Positions 48,330 through 58,112 are shown, counted from the stretch's first letter. The stretch is 64,000 bases of DNA from PVC group bacterium (GCA_024231215.1 JAAEQR010000195.1:298488-362487), one strand, 5' to 3'. Translations and numbers: made by a program. Notes: a model not told the origin generated them from the letters alone.

Positions 48330-49160
48330 ATGGGGAAAAGACAGATAATCAAAATTGACGAAGAAAAGTGTAATGGCTGTGGAGTATGCGTTCCTGATTG
48401 TCCGGAAGGGGCGTTGCAGGTGATTGACGGAAAAGCTCGTCTTGTCGGAGAATTGTTGTGTGATGGCTTGGGTGCTTGTATTGGCCGGTGCCCCGAAGGA
48501 GCAATTGAAATTGAAGAACGCGAAGCAGAACCATATGATGAAATCAAGGTTATGGATAATGTAGTTAAGGCTGGAGACAAGGTGATTGCAGCTCATCTAA
48601 AACATTTAAAAGATCATAATCAGGATGATTATCTGGAACAGGCAGGGGCTTATTTAAAAGAGCATAATATCCCGGTACCGGTATTGGAAGAAAAAGAAAC
48701 TAATCTGCCTTGTGGTTGCCCAGGAACAATGATGAAAGATTTCAGAGCTGATGAGAGTGCAGCACCTGTCCAGGAAACAAGTGTTTCTGGTCTGTCTCAA
48801 TTGAGGCAGTGGCCGATCCAATTACATTTATTAAATCCGCAAGCGCCGTATTTTAAAGACGCGGAGTTGGTTATTGCGGCTGATTGTGTTCCGTTTAGTT
48901 ATGCCGGGTTTCATCAGAGATTTCTTAAAGGAAAAACATTAATGATTTTCTGTCCGAAGCTGGATACAGCTAAGGATGTCTATGTGCAGAAAATGGCGGA
49001 TATTTTTAAGAATAACAATATAAAATCAATTACCATGGTGCATATGGAAGTACCTTGTTGTTTTGGGCTAATGGCTTTGGTTGAAGAAGCTTTAAAACTC
49101 TCAGGCAAGAATATTATCTTAAAAGAATATAATATTTCTCTGAAAGGGGAAATATTGTAA
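48330..49160 (+). CDS. 4Fe-4S dicluster (ferredoxin-like) domain protein with a C-terminal domain of unknown function
   Basis: 'CNGCGVCVPDCP' and 'CDGLGACIGRCP'; RBS AGGAGG at 48316. Confidence 0.5.
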   Translation: MGKRQIIKIDEEKCNGCGVCVPDCPEGALQVIDGKARLVGELLCDGLGACIGRCPEGAIEIEEREAEPYDEIKVMDNVVKAGDKVIAAHLKHLKDHNQDDYLEQAGAYLKEHNIPVPVLEEKETNLPCGCPGTMMKDFRADESAAPVQETSVSGLSQLRQWPIQLHLLNPQAPYFKDAELVIAADCVPFSYAGFHQRFLKGKTLMIFCPKLDTAKDVYVQKMADIFKNNNIKSITMVHMEVPCCFGLMALVEEALKLSGKNIILKEYNISLKGEIL

Positions 49161-49193
49161 GTCAAATAATTATAATTAGTTAAGCTTGAAGGA

Positions 49194-49230
49194 ATGGTTG
49201 TTTTTCACTAACGAAAACAACCATTTTTAT
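49194..49230 (+). terminator. rho-independent terminator (12-13-bp stem AATGGTTGTTTT/AAAACAACCATT plus T-run)
   Basis: Read directly from the sequence after the 48330-49160 gene. Confidence 0.6.
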
Positions 49231-49268
49231 TAGCGAAGATTTAATTTAAATGATATACTTTTAAAGAT

Positions 49269-50933
49269 ATGGGTATAAAATCTAAACTATTCAAATGTAT
49301 AGCGATTCTTCTTATCCAGGCCACATTGCTTTGGAACTGTGCTCCGGTAGGGGCAGTTTCAACTGTCGATACAGTGGTTCAGGCATCAGTATGTCTAAAA
49401 GAGACTCTGGGGCCGGTGGTCCAACTGGACAAAGCTAACCTTAAAGACACCTTTTCTTTATTGCAGGAAGAAGATGTTATAAATGAAAAGAATCTCGAAG
49501 TGCCTGCTATTGCGCCACGCAAAAGATTTTCCTATAAAATCTCTGAAAGAATATTGCCAGTAATAGTAATACTTTTTTTGAGTTTGACAAGTATAATTAC
49601 TATCGTATTTATGACTGATATATCTTCTCCGCCTGGAATAGTTAGTGTAAAAGACGGAGAAGCGACTTTGGATCAAATAGATATAAGTGAGAACAGAATA
49701 TCTCAGGAAGAAGTGCGGGTGCAAAGGTTCGATAAATATGCACAGGAATTGTTGAATGACATAGATAGTTATTTTGGAACAATGAAAAATGATAATTACT
49801 TCAAGAGACATAATAATAACTTAATGCTTAAAACTGAATATACAAGAAGATTGGGGTATCGGTTAGCAGATGAACAGTACTTGCCAAGTGAAACAGAAGG
49901 AGATCCTTTATTAAGAGATATGCCGCGACGTCGGATCAGATGGTTTAATGAAAGATTTAATGAATGGTGGGTGGGTCTTGATAAGAGTGTTCTTCCGGAA
50001 TATATAAGGAATAAAATGACATTGGCTGGGGATCAGTCAGAATGGATTGGACAGATGTTGATTGGTGTTAAAATATTTGATCCAGAGAGGTATTATTTTT
50101 TGGAAGAGTACAATACTCGAATAGTTCTGCTTGAAAATACGGATGATTTTAGAGGGGCAGCTCAAGGGGATAGATTTCATCGACTTATAACGTTTAATCC
50201 TCGAGGAGCTAAGCTGAGTGTTGTGAAAGAACGCAATATGTTTGAACAGATAGGTGTATTAATTCACGAGACTGTGCATGAAATAAAACATGATGTTCCA
50301 CATGGGGTAAGAGAATTTTTACTAAAAGCGCATACTGAATGGGGGTGGAGTTCTCTGTTTGGCATTCCTCTTATTGAGAGAAAGCCTTTAGCAAGGCAAA
50401 CTGAATTCTTTCAGAGAGTATTACGCTTGGATGTATCTAGGCCGCATTTAGCGTCGGGATATGTCGGAAGTAGAATAATTTTAGGGGGAATTTTCTTGTT
50501 GGCTTGGATTATTGATATAGCAGCATTTTTGGGGCTTTGGTGGTTTGTGCGTAAGCAGAATAACGTATTTGCTAGGACTCTTCGCGGTGCAGTTTTGCGA
50601 ATCATTGGGGCTATATATGGGATTGGAATATTGTTTAGTGGTCTAATAGGAATAGTACAAGATTTGGTGAGGAATTTAAAGGAACCTAATGTATATAGAC
50701 CAACTCCGTCGTTAAAAGATAAAATAGTAAGTGCAGTTGAATCTCGACTTGAACGTTTGCGTAATTTATTAGGGAATCTTAGGGATGGACAGCGGGATAC
50801 AGAAATTGTGCCAGTATCTCCAGTTCAGGAAATTGTTATAGATGATCCTATGCAGCTTCGTTTTGATTGGAAGAACCCTGCTGCATTAGAAACTTCTTTA
50901 GGGCTTGGGACGTTAGTTAATCAGGCTATATAA
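49269..50933 (+). CDS. membrane protein with an HExxH motif (putative metalloprotease-like), signal peptide and 3 TM
   Basis: Signal peptide, TM 'ILPVIVILFLSLTSIITIVFM', 'LIHETVHEIKHDVPHG', and two C-terminal TM segments. Confidence 0.45.
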   Translation: MGIKSKLFKCIAILLIQATLLWNCAPVGAVSTVDTVVQASVCLKETLGPVVQLDKANLKDTFSLLQEEDVINEKNLEVPAIAPRKRFSYKISERILPVIVILFLSLTSIITIVFMTDISSPPGIVSVKDGEATLDQIDISENRISQEEVRVQRFDKYAQELLNDIDSYFGTMKNDNYFKRHNNNLMLKTEYTRRLGYRLADEQYLPSETEGDPLLRDMPRRRIRWFNERFNEWWVGLDKSVLPEYIRNKMTLAGDQSEWIGQMLIGVKIFDPERYYFLEEYNTRIVLLENTDDFRGAAQGDRFHRLITFNPRGAKLSVVKERNMFEQIGVLIHETVHEIKHDVPHGVREFLLKAHTEWGWSSLFGIPLIERKPLARQTEFFQRVLRLDVSRPHLASGYVGSRIILGGIFLLAWIIDIAAFLGLWWFVRKQNNVFARTLRGAVLRIIGAIYGIGILFSGLIGIVQDLVRNLKEPNVYRPTPSLKDKIVSAVESRLERLRNLLGNLRDGQRDTEIVPVSPVQEIVIDDPMQLRFDWKNPAALETSLGLGTLVNQAI

Positions 50934-50975
50934 ATCCCCCTAGCGGAGGATTATTGTAAGCTATATATTTTTTTA

Positions 50976-51004
50976 TTGACAAATGATACTGTTGTGGTAT
51001 CATT
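50976..51004 (+). promoter_or_regulatory. sigma70-like promoter (TTGACA 50976-50981, TATCAT 50998-51003) spanned by the inverted repeat AATGATAC-N7-GTATCATT (50982-51004)
   Basis: Read directly from the sequence, upstream of the nrdD-like ORF and hcp. A similar promoter, TTGACAAATGACAC...TATCAT, occurs at about 35747-35775. Confidence 0.45.
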
Positions 51005-51158
51005 GATATATTGGAAATGGATTGTTGATGTTCCGTCTCATAAGCATTGGGAAATTCTCTTGTGACAATTTCTCTAATATTCGGCGGAATTAATTCGCGC
51101 AGGTGATTTATGTAGACAAAGTCGACATAAATCAAGCGCTCATTGAAGGAGGAATATT

Positions 51159-51497
51159 ATGAAGTTTAAGGATTTTATTGATAATGTTAGAGGAGAAGGA
51201 TGGGATTGGGCCGAAGGAATTTATGAAGGGAAGAAAGGGTATTTTGTACGGGCAAATAACCGCAAGATAAATACCAAGGAAAAAGGATTACAGCCGGCAT
51301 GTATTCATATTACACCGGATGCGATCGAGAATAATGAATGGGAATCAATAAAAAAACAGTTTCCGGATCTTACTTATGTGACTCGGATAGTGGGATATTA
51401 TTCGCAAATACATAATTGGAATTCTTCTAAACAGGAAGAATTAGGCGATAGGCATAAAGGGTGTTATAAGGTTAATCAGGAAGAATTGAACGGGTGA
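51159..51497 (+). CDS. small protein resembling the C-terminal glycyl-radical segment of anaerobic ribonucleotide reductase NrdD
   Basis: 'TYVTRIVGYYSQIHNWNSSKQEELGDRHK' compared with E. coli NrdD 'VTRRVCGYLGSPDARPFNAGKQEEVKRRVKH'. 112 aa with no catalytic barrel. Confidence 0.5.
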   Translation: MKFKDFIDNVRGEGWDWAEGIYEGKKGYFVRANNRKINTKEKGLQPACIHITPDAIENNEWESIKKQFPDLTYVTRIVGYYSQIHNWNSSKQEELGDRHKGCYKVNQEELNG

Positions 51498-51542
51498 TTA
51501 TTTTAGTGGAACTTGTTAGTTAAAAGGAGGATAATAGTGGAT

Positions 51543-53216
51543 ATGTTATGTAGGCAATGTGAACAAACAGTAGGCGGTAAAGCCTGCAATATGAATATGG
51601 GGGTCTGCGGTAAAGATGAAAAAACTGCGGCCTTGCAGGATCTTCTGGTGCATGTGCTTAAAGGCATTGCGGTATATGCAGACAGAGCTCAGCAATTGGG
51701 CGTAAAGGATTCTGAAGCAGATGCTTTTGTGGCGCAGGCGCTTTTTGCTACGCTTACAAATGTGAGTTTCGACCCTGAGGTTCTTAAGGGATTGATTCTA
51801 AAAGCAGCACAAATAAAAGATTCGATAAAGCAGGTTTTTCTGCATGCTTATCGGGAAAAGAATCAGAAGGATTTAACGGATACTTTACCAGCTGTGATTG
51901 AGTGGAATCCAGCAGATACGTTGGAAGGGCTTATTGAGCAGGGGCGTGCAGTAGGGCTTATGGCTGAACCTGAACTTAATGAAGATATTCGTAGTTTGCG
52001 TGAAATTGTTTTATATGGATTGAAAGGTATGGCTGCTTATGCAGACCACGCGCGTATTTTAGGTCAGACAGATGAAACAGTAAATGCTTTTTTTTATAAG
52101 GCATTGGCTGCATTGGTAGATGATTCGTTAGGGGCAGATGAATTGACTGCTCTTGTTTTAGAAGTTGGTACTGTTAATTTAAGAGTTATGGAATTGCTTG
52201 ATGCAGGTAATACCGGAACGTATGGGCATCCTGAACCGACACATGTGCCAGTGGGAGTTAAAAAAGGTCCGGCAATTGTGATTTCAGGGCATGATCTTAA
52301 AGATTTGCAGATACTTCTTGAACAGACAGAGGGAAAAGGAATCAATGTTTATACACACGGGGAAATGCTTCCGGCATTAGCTTATCCTGAATTAAAAAAA
52401 TATGCACATTTAGCGGGACATTTTGGAACAGCCTGGCAGAACCAGCAGAAAGAATTCGATAATATCCCTGCGGCATTTTTATTTACCACAAATTGTATTC
52501 AAAAACCGCGCGAATCTTATATTGATAATGTATTTACTACAGGGCTTGTTAGCTGGCCGGGAGTTGCCCATATTCATGAAGAAAATGGACAAAAAGATTT
52601 TACTCCGGTTATTGAAAAAGCATTAGAGCTTGGTGGTTTTGATAAGGACAAGCTTGATGCAGATACAATGACTGGGTTTGGCAGAAATGCTGTTTTGGGT
52701 GTTGCGGATAAAGTTATTGGTGCTGTCAAAAGCGGCTTAATAAAACATTTCTTTCTGGTAGGCGGATGTGACGGAGCCAAACCAGGTCGTAATTATTATA
52801 CGGAATTTGTTCAGAAAGTTCCTAAAGACACAATTATATTAACTCTTGCTTGTGGAAAATTTCGTTTTAATACACTTGATTTGGGAAAAATCGGAGGGTT
52901 GCCGAGAATCCTTGATATGGGGCAATGTAATGACGCTTATTCAGCTATCCAGGTAGCGGTAGCACTTGCTGATGCTTTTGAATGTGGAGTAAATGATTTA
53001 CCGCTTTCTTTAGTATTATCCTGGTATGAACAGAAAGCAGTGGTGATTTTATTGACTTTGCTTTCACTAGGTATTAAAGGTATTAAATTGGGGCCAACTC
53101 TTCCGGCTTTTATTTCTCCAAATGTATTGAATATTCTGGTTGAAAAATTTGCTATTGCACCGATTACAACTCCGGGGAAAGATATTGCCCAGATATTAGA
53201 GGGCATAGCAATTTAA
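51543..53216 (+). CDS. hcp: hydroxylamine reductase / hybrid-cluster protein
   Basis: N-terminal 'CRQCEQT...CNMNMGVCGK' Cys cluster; ~560 aa prismane family. ATG preferred over the upstream TTG. Confidence 0.88.
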   Translation: MLCRQCEQTVGGKACNMNMGVCGKDEKTAALQDLLVHVLKGIAVYADRAQQLGVKDSEADAFVAQALFATLTNVSFDPEVLKGLILKAAQIKDSIKQVFLHAYREKNQKDLTDTLPAVIEWNPADTLEGLIEQGRAVGLMAEPELNEDIRSLREIVLYGLKGMAAYADHARILGQTDETVNAFFYKALAALVDDSLGADELTALVLEVGTVNLRVMELLDAGNTGTYGHPEPTHVPVGVKKGPAIVISGHDLKDLQILLEQTEGKGINVYTHGEMLPALAYPELKKYAHLAGHFGTAWQNQQKEFDNIPAAFLFTTNCIQKPRESYIDNVFTTGLVSWPGVAHIHEENGQKDFTPVIEKALELGGFDKDKLDADTMTGFGRNAVLGVADKVIGAVKSGLIKHFFLVGGCDGAKPGRNYYTEFVQKVPKDTIILTLACGKFRFNTLDLGKIGGLPRILDMGQCNDAYSAIQVAVALADAFECGVNDLPLSLVLSWYEQKAVVILLTLLSLGIKGIKLGPTLPAFISPNVLNILVEKFAIAPITTPGKDIAQILEGIAI

Positions 53217-53247
53217 GGATGAAAAACAGATAGGTAATTAGTTTCTT

Positions 53248-53305
53248 TGAATTTCCTCCGGGATATAGTAAAATGAAAAATAAATATTCCGGAGGAAATT
53301 TTTTA
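53248..53305 (+). terminator. putative terminator (stem ATTTCCTCCGG/CCGGAGGAAAT with a large loop, then a T-run)
   Basis: Read directly from the sequence after hcp; the loop is unusually long. Confidence 0.4.
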
Positions 53306-53323
53306 AATTTGGGGGAGGAGTAA

Positions 53324-53755
53324 ATGAAAAAAATAATATATCTTATTGTGATGCTCTTGTTATTTGTAAATTCGGCGGTTGCTCAAGGGGGCATGCCGGA
53401 TTTGTTTGAAGAAGTAGAAAAAGATTCTGCGTTTTCCTATGATGCTAAGGAGGCTCCTAATCCCTGTTTTTTCCCGGTTGAGAAAGCGCGTTGGAATGGC
53501 TCAAAGATTACCGGTAAAAACTGGGAGAGTCTGGATGAATTTCAAAGGACAATGTTTATTGATGAATATGTGGACGGCCTGGAAAAGTTATATCAAACAC
53601 CAATCAATATTAATATGGAGGATTATTTGATGTATATGAACGGGATATTGTTCATGTCGGATTATGATACCTCAGAAATATTGATGACCGATGCATTGGA
53701 TGATCTATTGAACCGGAAGTCAGCAATCGTTGGTGTTCAAGATGGCGAAAACTAA
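53324..53755 (+). CDS. secreted hypothetical protein
   Basis: Signal peptide 'IYLIVMLLLFVNSAVA'; no recognised domain. Confidence 0.45.
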   Translation: MKKIIYLIVMLLLFVNSAVAQGGMPDLFEEVEKDSAFSYDAKEAPNPCFFPVEKARWNGSKITGKNWESLDEFQRTMFIDEYVDGLEKLYQTPININMEDYLMYMNGILFMSDYDTSEILMTDALDDLLNRKSAIVGVQDGEN

Positions 53756-54067
53756 CCTTAATTAATTCCAAGAGAGTAGCGCCGAAGAGGGATGAATCCC
53801 CCTAGCAGAAGTACTATCCAAAAAACACCATAAACCCATTGACATAATGATACCAAATCTTAAGCTTTTTGACTGAACCCAGACTTTGCATTCTCGCCTG
53901 ATTCACATGTCATTATCTTTGGTTTGCGGGATTTTATCTCTAAAATTGCAAGTATAGATCCTGCTGTATTTCCTGTTTTTTTATGCTATAATATATGAGC
54001 CTACAATGCTATTTTGACAGGGGAAGTAATATATAGATATAATGTGATCAGTAAAGGATGGTGTGTT

Positions 54068-55573
54068 ATGAAAGTTTATTTAGCCGGGTATAATGTCGAT
54101 GCTAATATTTTGCGTGAATTAGAGGAAAAAACCGGTAAACGTGAGGACTTGACCCCGGAAGTCATTTCTGCGGCGTATGCCCGAATAAGCCGGGATCCGC
54201 GTCCGATTAACGAAATAAGACAATCTTCCAGAGAAGAGATAGAGAAATCCCGCCGTTCTAATTCAACGATTATATTTAAAATGGGACATCATTCTGTTGC
54301 AGAACACGCTGTGTTTAATTTAGATGTTTTGGGTGTTTCCCGTTTTGCCATGGAAGAACTTGAAAAATTCAGGCTTTCTTCATATACTGAAAAATCACAG
54401 CGTTATATAACATTGCAGAATGATTTTGTTATTCCCGAAGAGATTAATGGGACGCAATTTGAAGCAATGTTTGTGGATATGATCAAAGAGCAGAATAAAG
54501 CTTATTTTGAGCTTTTTGATAAATTAAAAGAGCATGTTTTTAAAAAGTACGCTGACTTAGCTGCAGATCCTAAGAAACACAATCTTTTAGAAGGCTGGGC
54601 TAAGGAAGATGCACGTTATATTACGGCTTTAGCAACGGAATCGCAGGTGGGAATGACTGTGAATGCCCGTAATTTGGAGCTTATGCTGCGTAGGTTTGCT
54701 TCTTGTCCTTTATCTGAAGTAAAAGATTTGGGGAGAATAATCTATGAACAGATTGCTGATATTGCTCCGTCGATTGTTATTTTCCATGAAGCTAATGATC
54801 GTGACTGCAATACATTTCCGGAGTTGAAAAAGCTTGCTGGAGAATTGGCTGGTATGGGTTCGAATGGAGCTGATTTTCCGGATGTGCAGCTGGTTGAGTA
54901 TACTCAGGATGCAGATGCAATTATTGCTGCATCGTTACTGCATGTTGCTTCGGATATGCCTTATGAACAGTGCAAATCCATAGTGAAAGATCTATCTAGT
55001 GAGGAACAGCGAAAGATTTTTAAAACTACCTGGCAGAATATGCAGTTTTATGATTCTGTCCTACGTGAATTCGAATATGTAAATCTAACTTATAATATAG
55101 TTTTGTCTTCAGCTTGTTTCGGTCAGTTGAAACGCCATCGGATGTCTACGATAACTGCCCAGCCTTATGACCCTAATTTGGGGGTTACAATTCCTGAGGC
55201 AATTAAAGAGATTGGGATGGATAAATATTTTCAGGAAATTGTAGATAAGACTAATGAAGTATACGATGCAATAAATAAAGATAATCCTCTTGCGGCACCT
55301 TACATTTTGACCAATGCTCACAGAAAAAGGGTTTTGATTAGGGTAAACGCCAGGGAATTGTATCATATATCACGCTTAAGAGAGGATGCTCATGCGCAAT
55401 GGGATATCCAGAATATATCTCGGGATATGGTTCAGCAGGCAAAGCCGGTAATGCCGAGAGTGTTTGAATTTATCGGCGGAAAAGATAAATATAATGAAAA
55501 TTATAAAGAGGTTTTTGGTTGTCTGCCAAAAGTAACGCAGGCAGTTTTGCCTGGCGCGAGGAAGATAAAATAA
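54068..55573 (+). CDS. thyX: FAD-dependent thymidylate synthase ThyX, tandem-domain (double-length) form
   Basis: ThyX RHR/'SQRY' signatures appear in both halves ('SSYTEKSQRY' and 'GQLKRHRMSTITAQ'). ~500 aa against ~230 aa for canonical ThyX. Confidence 0.65.
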   Translation: MKVYLAGYNVDANILRELEEKTGKREDLTPEVISAAYARISRDPRPINEIRQSSREEIEKSRRSNSTIIFKMGHHSVAEHAVFNLDVLGVSRFAMEELEKFRLSSYTEKSQRYITLQNDFVIPEEINGTQFEAMFVDMIKEQNKAYFELFDKLKEHVFKKYADLAADPKKHNLLEGWAKEDARYITALATESQVGMTVNARNLELMLRRFASCPLSEVKDLGRIIYEQIADIAPSIVIFHEANDRDCNTFPELKKLAGELAGMGSNGADFPDVQLVEYTQDADAIIAASLLHVASDMPYEQCKSIVKDLSSEEQRKIFKTTWQNMQFYDSVLREFEYVNLTYNIVLSSACFGQLKRHRMSTITAQPYDPNLGVTIPEAIKEIGMDKYFQEIVDKTNEVYDAINKDNPLAAPYILTNAHRKRVLIRVNARELYHISRLREDAHAQWDIQNISRDMVQQAKPVMPRVFEFIGGKDKYNENYKEVFGCLPKVTQAVLPGARKIK

Positions 55574-55610
55574 GTAGGGGAAAAGGTTAAAGTCAAAAGG
55601 TGGGAAGATT

Positions 55611-57083
55611 ATGAGTAAAATAACTTTTCTGAATGAGATAATCGCAGAAATCCTGAGGGAAAATAGTATAGACTCTTTGCTTGAGCGGGCAGTGAGACGG
55701 ATAACAGAAATATTAGCTGCGGAGAGGGTAACTTTTTATTTTTATAATGATGAAGTAAATGAGTTGTGGAGTTATGCGGTTACTGATTTGGAAGTCAGCG
55801 AAATACGTGTTGGCGTAGGAGAAGGGATTGTCGGAACTGCGGCGGCCAGAAAGCGTATGGTTAAGGTAAAAGATGCTTACAAATGTAAGTTTTTTAACAA
55901 GAAGATAGATAAGCAGACAGGGTACAGAACAAAGTCTGTAGTATGTATGCCTCTTTTTAGTAGAGCAAAAAAATTGCTTGGTGTTGTGCAGGTAATCAAC
56001 AAAAAAAAGGGATGTTTTACAGATATGGACATTGATATTTTTAAAAGCATATCTTCATATTTGGCGATTTCTTTGGAAAACATTAGGTTATTACAGGAAC
56101 AAGAGATGCTTTTTAGAAGTACTTTATATGCTTTAGCCGGAGCTATTGACGCAAAAGACCCTGTAACTGCGGGGCATTCTTACCGGGTAGCATATTACTC
56201 GGTAAAAATGGCTAAAGACCTGGGGGTATCTCAGGATGACTTGAAAATTGTTGAGTATGCTGCATATTTGCACGATGTGGGTAAAATCGGTATCTCCGAA
56301 GCAGTTCTTGGAAAAAAAGGAAAATTAACAGATGAAGAGTATGCTTTGATAAAAAAGCATCCTTTGTTTACTAAACAGATATTGGGTAATATAATTTTTT
56401 CTAAAGAAATGGAGAAAATACCGTTTGTTGCTTCTTGCCATCATGAGTTTCTTGACGGTAGTGGATATCCGTTTGGCTATAAAGGTAAAGAAGTTAATAC
56501 TCTTTCTAGAATTATCGCTATTGCTGATATCTATGATGCATTGACTGCATTTGACCGCCCGTATAAAAAGCATATGGCGACAAAAGAAGTACTGGAGATT
56601 CTTAAAATAGAGGCAAAGAAAAATCATCTGGATAAAAATATCGTTAATCGGTTTATAAAAAAGGCGTTGTACAAGTATGAACAGCGTCGCTATAAGCGTC
56701 TTGATTTAAATACTGCAGTAAATTATCGTATTGTGTCTCAAAAAAGAATCATGGCTGAGGGTATTAAGGGAGCCAAAGCTACTCATCATGATTTGGATGA
56801 ATTGCTGGATAACAAAGTTAACAGTATTAATATAAGTGCCGGGGGTATTTTGTTCATGACAAAAACATATATACCGGTAGGTACATTCCTGGACTTAGAG
56901 ATAGATATTTTTTCTAAGAAGATTGCATGTTTGGGGAAGGCTGTAAGAGTAGAAAAGGAGCTTAGTACACTTAATTATCGGGTGGGTGTGAGCTTTATTA
57001 ATGTTACGCCTGCGGTGAAACTTGTTCTGGAACAGCAGCTTGAAAAGCTTGCGGAACAGAAAAGTATTAGAAGTAAGAAATGA
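55611..57083 (+). CDS. GAF - HD-GYP phosphodiesterase - PilZ fusion protein
   Basis: GAF domain at the N-terminus. 'HDVGKIG' plus 'HHEFLDGSGYP' give the HD-GYP domain. The C-terminus has 'QRRYKR' (RxxxR) and 'NISAGG' (D/NxSxGG) PilZ motifs. Confidence 0.7.
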   Translation: MSKITFLNEIIAEILRENSIDSLLERAVRRITEILAAERVTFYFYNDEVNELWSYAVTDLEVSEIRVGVGEGIVGTAAARKRMVKVKDAYKCKFFNKKIDKQTGYRTKSVVCMPLFSRAKKLLGVVQVINKKKGCFTDMDIDIFKSISSYLAISLENIRLLQEQEMLFRSTLYALAGAIDAKDPVTAGHSYRVAYYSVKMAKDLGVSQDDLKIVEYAAYLHDVGKIGISEAVLGKKGKLTDEEYALIKKHPLFTKQILGNIIFSKEMEKIPFVASCHHEFLDGSGYPFGYKGKEVNTLSRIIAIADIYDALTAFDRPYKKHMATKEVLEILKIEAKKNHLDKNIVNRFIKKALYKYEQRRYKRLDLNTAVNYRIVSQKRIMAEGIKGAKATHHDLDELLDNKVNSINISAGGILFMTKTYIPVGTFLDLEIDIFSKKIACLGKAVRVEKELSTLNYRVGVSFINVTPAVKLVLEQQLEKLAEQKSIRSKK

Positions 57084-57093
57084 TAGGGAATAG

Positions 57094-58095
57094 ATGAAAA
57101 TACAACACAAGTTGTTTTTAAGCTTTGTAATCATAGCTGTATTAACCGTGTTCTTGGTAAAGATTTCAACATATTATCTAATTATTTTATTTGTTCTGGC
57201 AGGGGGGTTAAGTATTTTAATGGCTCGTTCTGTTTCGAATGACGATTTGGCGGAGAAGGTGAAGAAGAGCGAAACAGAATTAGCTGCTGCGTTACAGGAT
57301 TGTAAAGAGCAGACAGTGTTATTGGATAATACTAAAGAGCTTATGGCTAGTGTTATGGATGAGTTAGAAAGAACAAACCAAGAGCTTCAAGAGCTGGATC
57401 AGATGAGAAATGATTTCATTGCATATATCGTGCATGAATTGCGTAATCCCATAATCCCTATTTGTGAAGGCATAGCCCAGGTTGTAGAAGGAGGTTATGG
57501 AGAAATAAATGATAAGCAAAGAGAGATGCTGGAGATTAGTTATCGGGGCGGCAAAAAGATGAGTGTTTTAGTAAATAATCTGCTGAATATTGCCAAGATG
57601 GAGGCGGGGAAAATACAATTAAATAAAACTAAAGAAGATATTAATTCTATAGTGCGGGATGTTTGTGATGCTTTTCTTGCCCGGGCGCGCGCAAAAAATA
57701 TTGATTTAAAATCCGAACTTTTAACTGAGCCGGCATTTGGACATGTGGATAAAGATAAAATCACTGAAGTGTTTAATAATTTGATAAGTAATGCTTTTAA
57801 ATTTACAGATGAAGGTAGTATTGTAGTTGAGGTTAAGCTCCAGGGGGATTTAATACAATGTTCGGTAACGGATACCGGTCGCGGCATTGCCGAGGATGAT
57901 ATTCCTAAGCTTTTTGATAAATTCCAACAGGTAGGTAAGAAAGCTAAGGAGACAGGAACGGGATTAGGGCTGTCTATTGTAAAAGGAAATATTGAAGTGC
58001 ATGGTGGTCGGATAAGCGTTACAAGTAAAGAGGGCAAGGGGACTCAGTTTTTGTTTGTATTGTCGAAGTATAGTGAAGAGCTTAGAGAGAGTTGA
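57094..58095 (+). CDS. sensor histidine kinase (TM, HisKA, HATPase_c)
   Basis: 'IVHELRNP' H-box, and N, G1 and G2 boxes 'GTGLGLSIVK'. Confidence 0.85.
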   Translation: MKIQHKLFLSFVIIAVLTVFLVKISTYYLIILFVLAGGLSILMARSVSNDDLAEKVKKSETELAAALQDCKEQTVLLDNTKELMASVMDELERTNQELQELDQMRNDFIAYIVHELRNPIIPICEGIAQVVEGGYGEINDKQREMLEISYRGGKKMSVLVNNLLNIAKMEAGKIQLNKTKEDINSIVRDVCDAFLARARAKNIDLKSELLTEPAFGHVDKDKITEVFNNLISNAFKFTDEGSIVVEVKLQGDLIQCSVTDTGRGIAEDDIPKLFDKFQQVGKKAKETGTGLGLSIVKGNIEVHGGRISVTSKEGKGTQFLFVLSKYSEELRES

Positions 58096-58112
58096 AAGGG
58101 AAAGAGAGGGAG

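Noticed and set aside
50926-50950. Short shared motif ATCCCCCTAGC(A/G)G after two secreted-protein genes (50926-50950 and 53800-53820)
   Set aside because: Only ~12 nt are shared and they lack secondary structure. It is most likely coincidence.
51159-51497. Calling this a functional anaerobic ribonucleotide reductase
   Set aside because: It has only ~110 aa of C-terminal homology and no catalytic barrel or Zn ribbon. It is kept as a finding rather than annotated as nrdD.
53756-54067. The 310-nt non-coding gap examined for a tRNA or sRNA; all other gaps over 100 nt were checked too
   Set aside because: I recognised no cloverleaf-compatible arms or T-loop GTTCRA motif by eye. The gap content looks like AT-rich promoter sequence. 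tRNAscan or Infernal would settle this.
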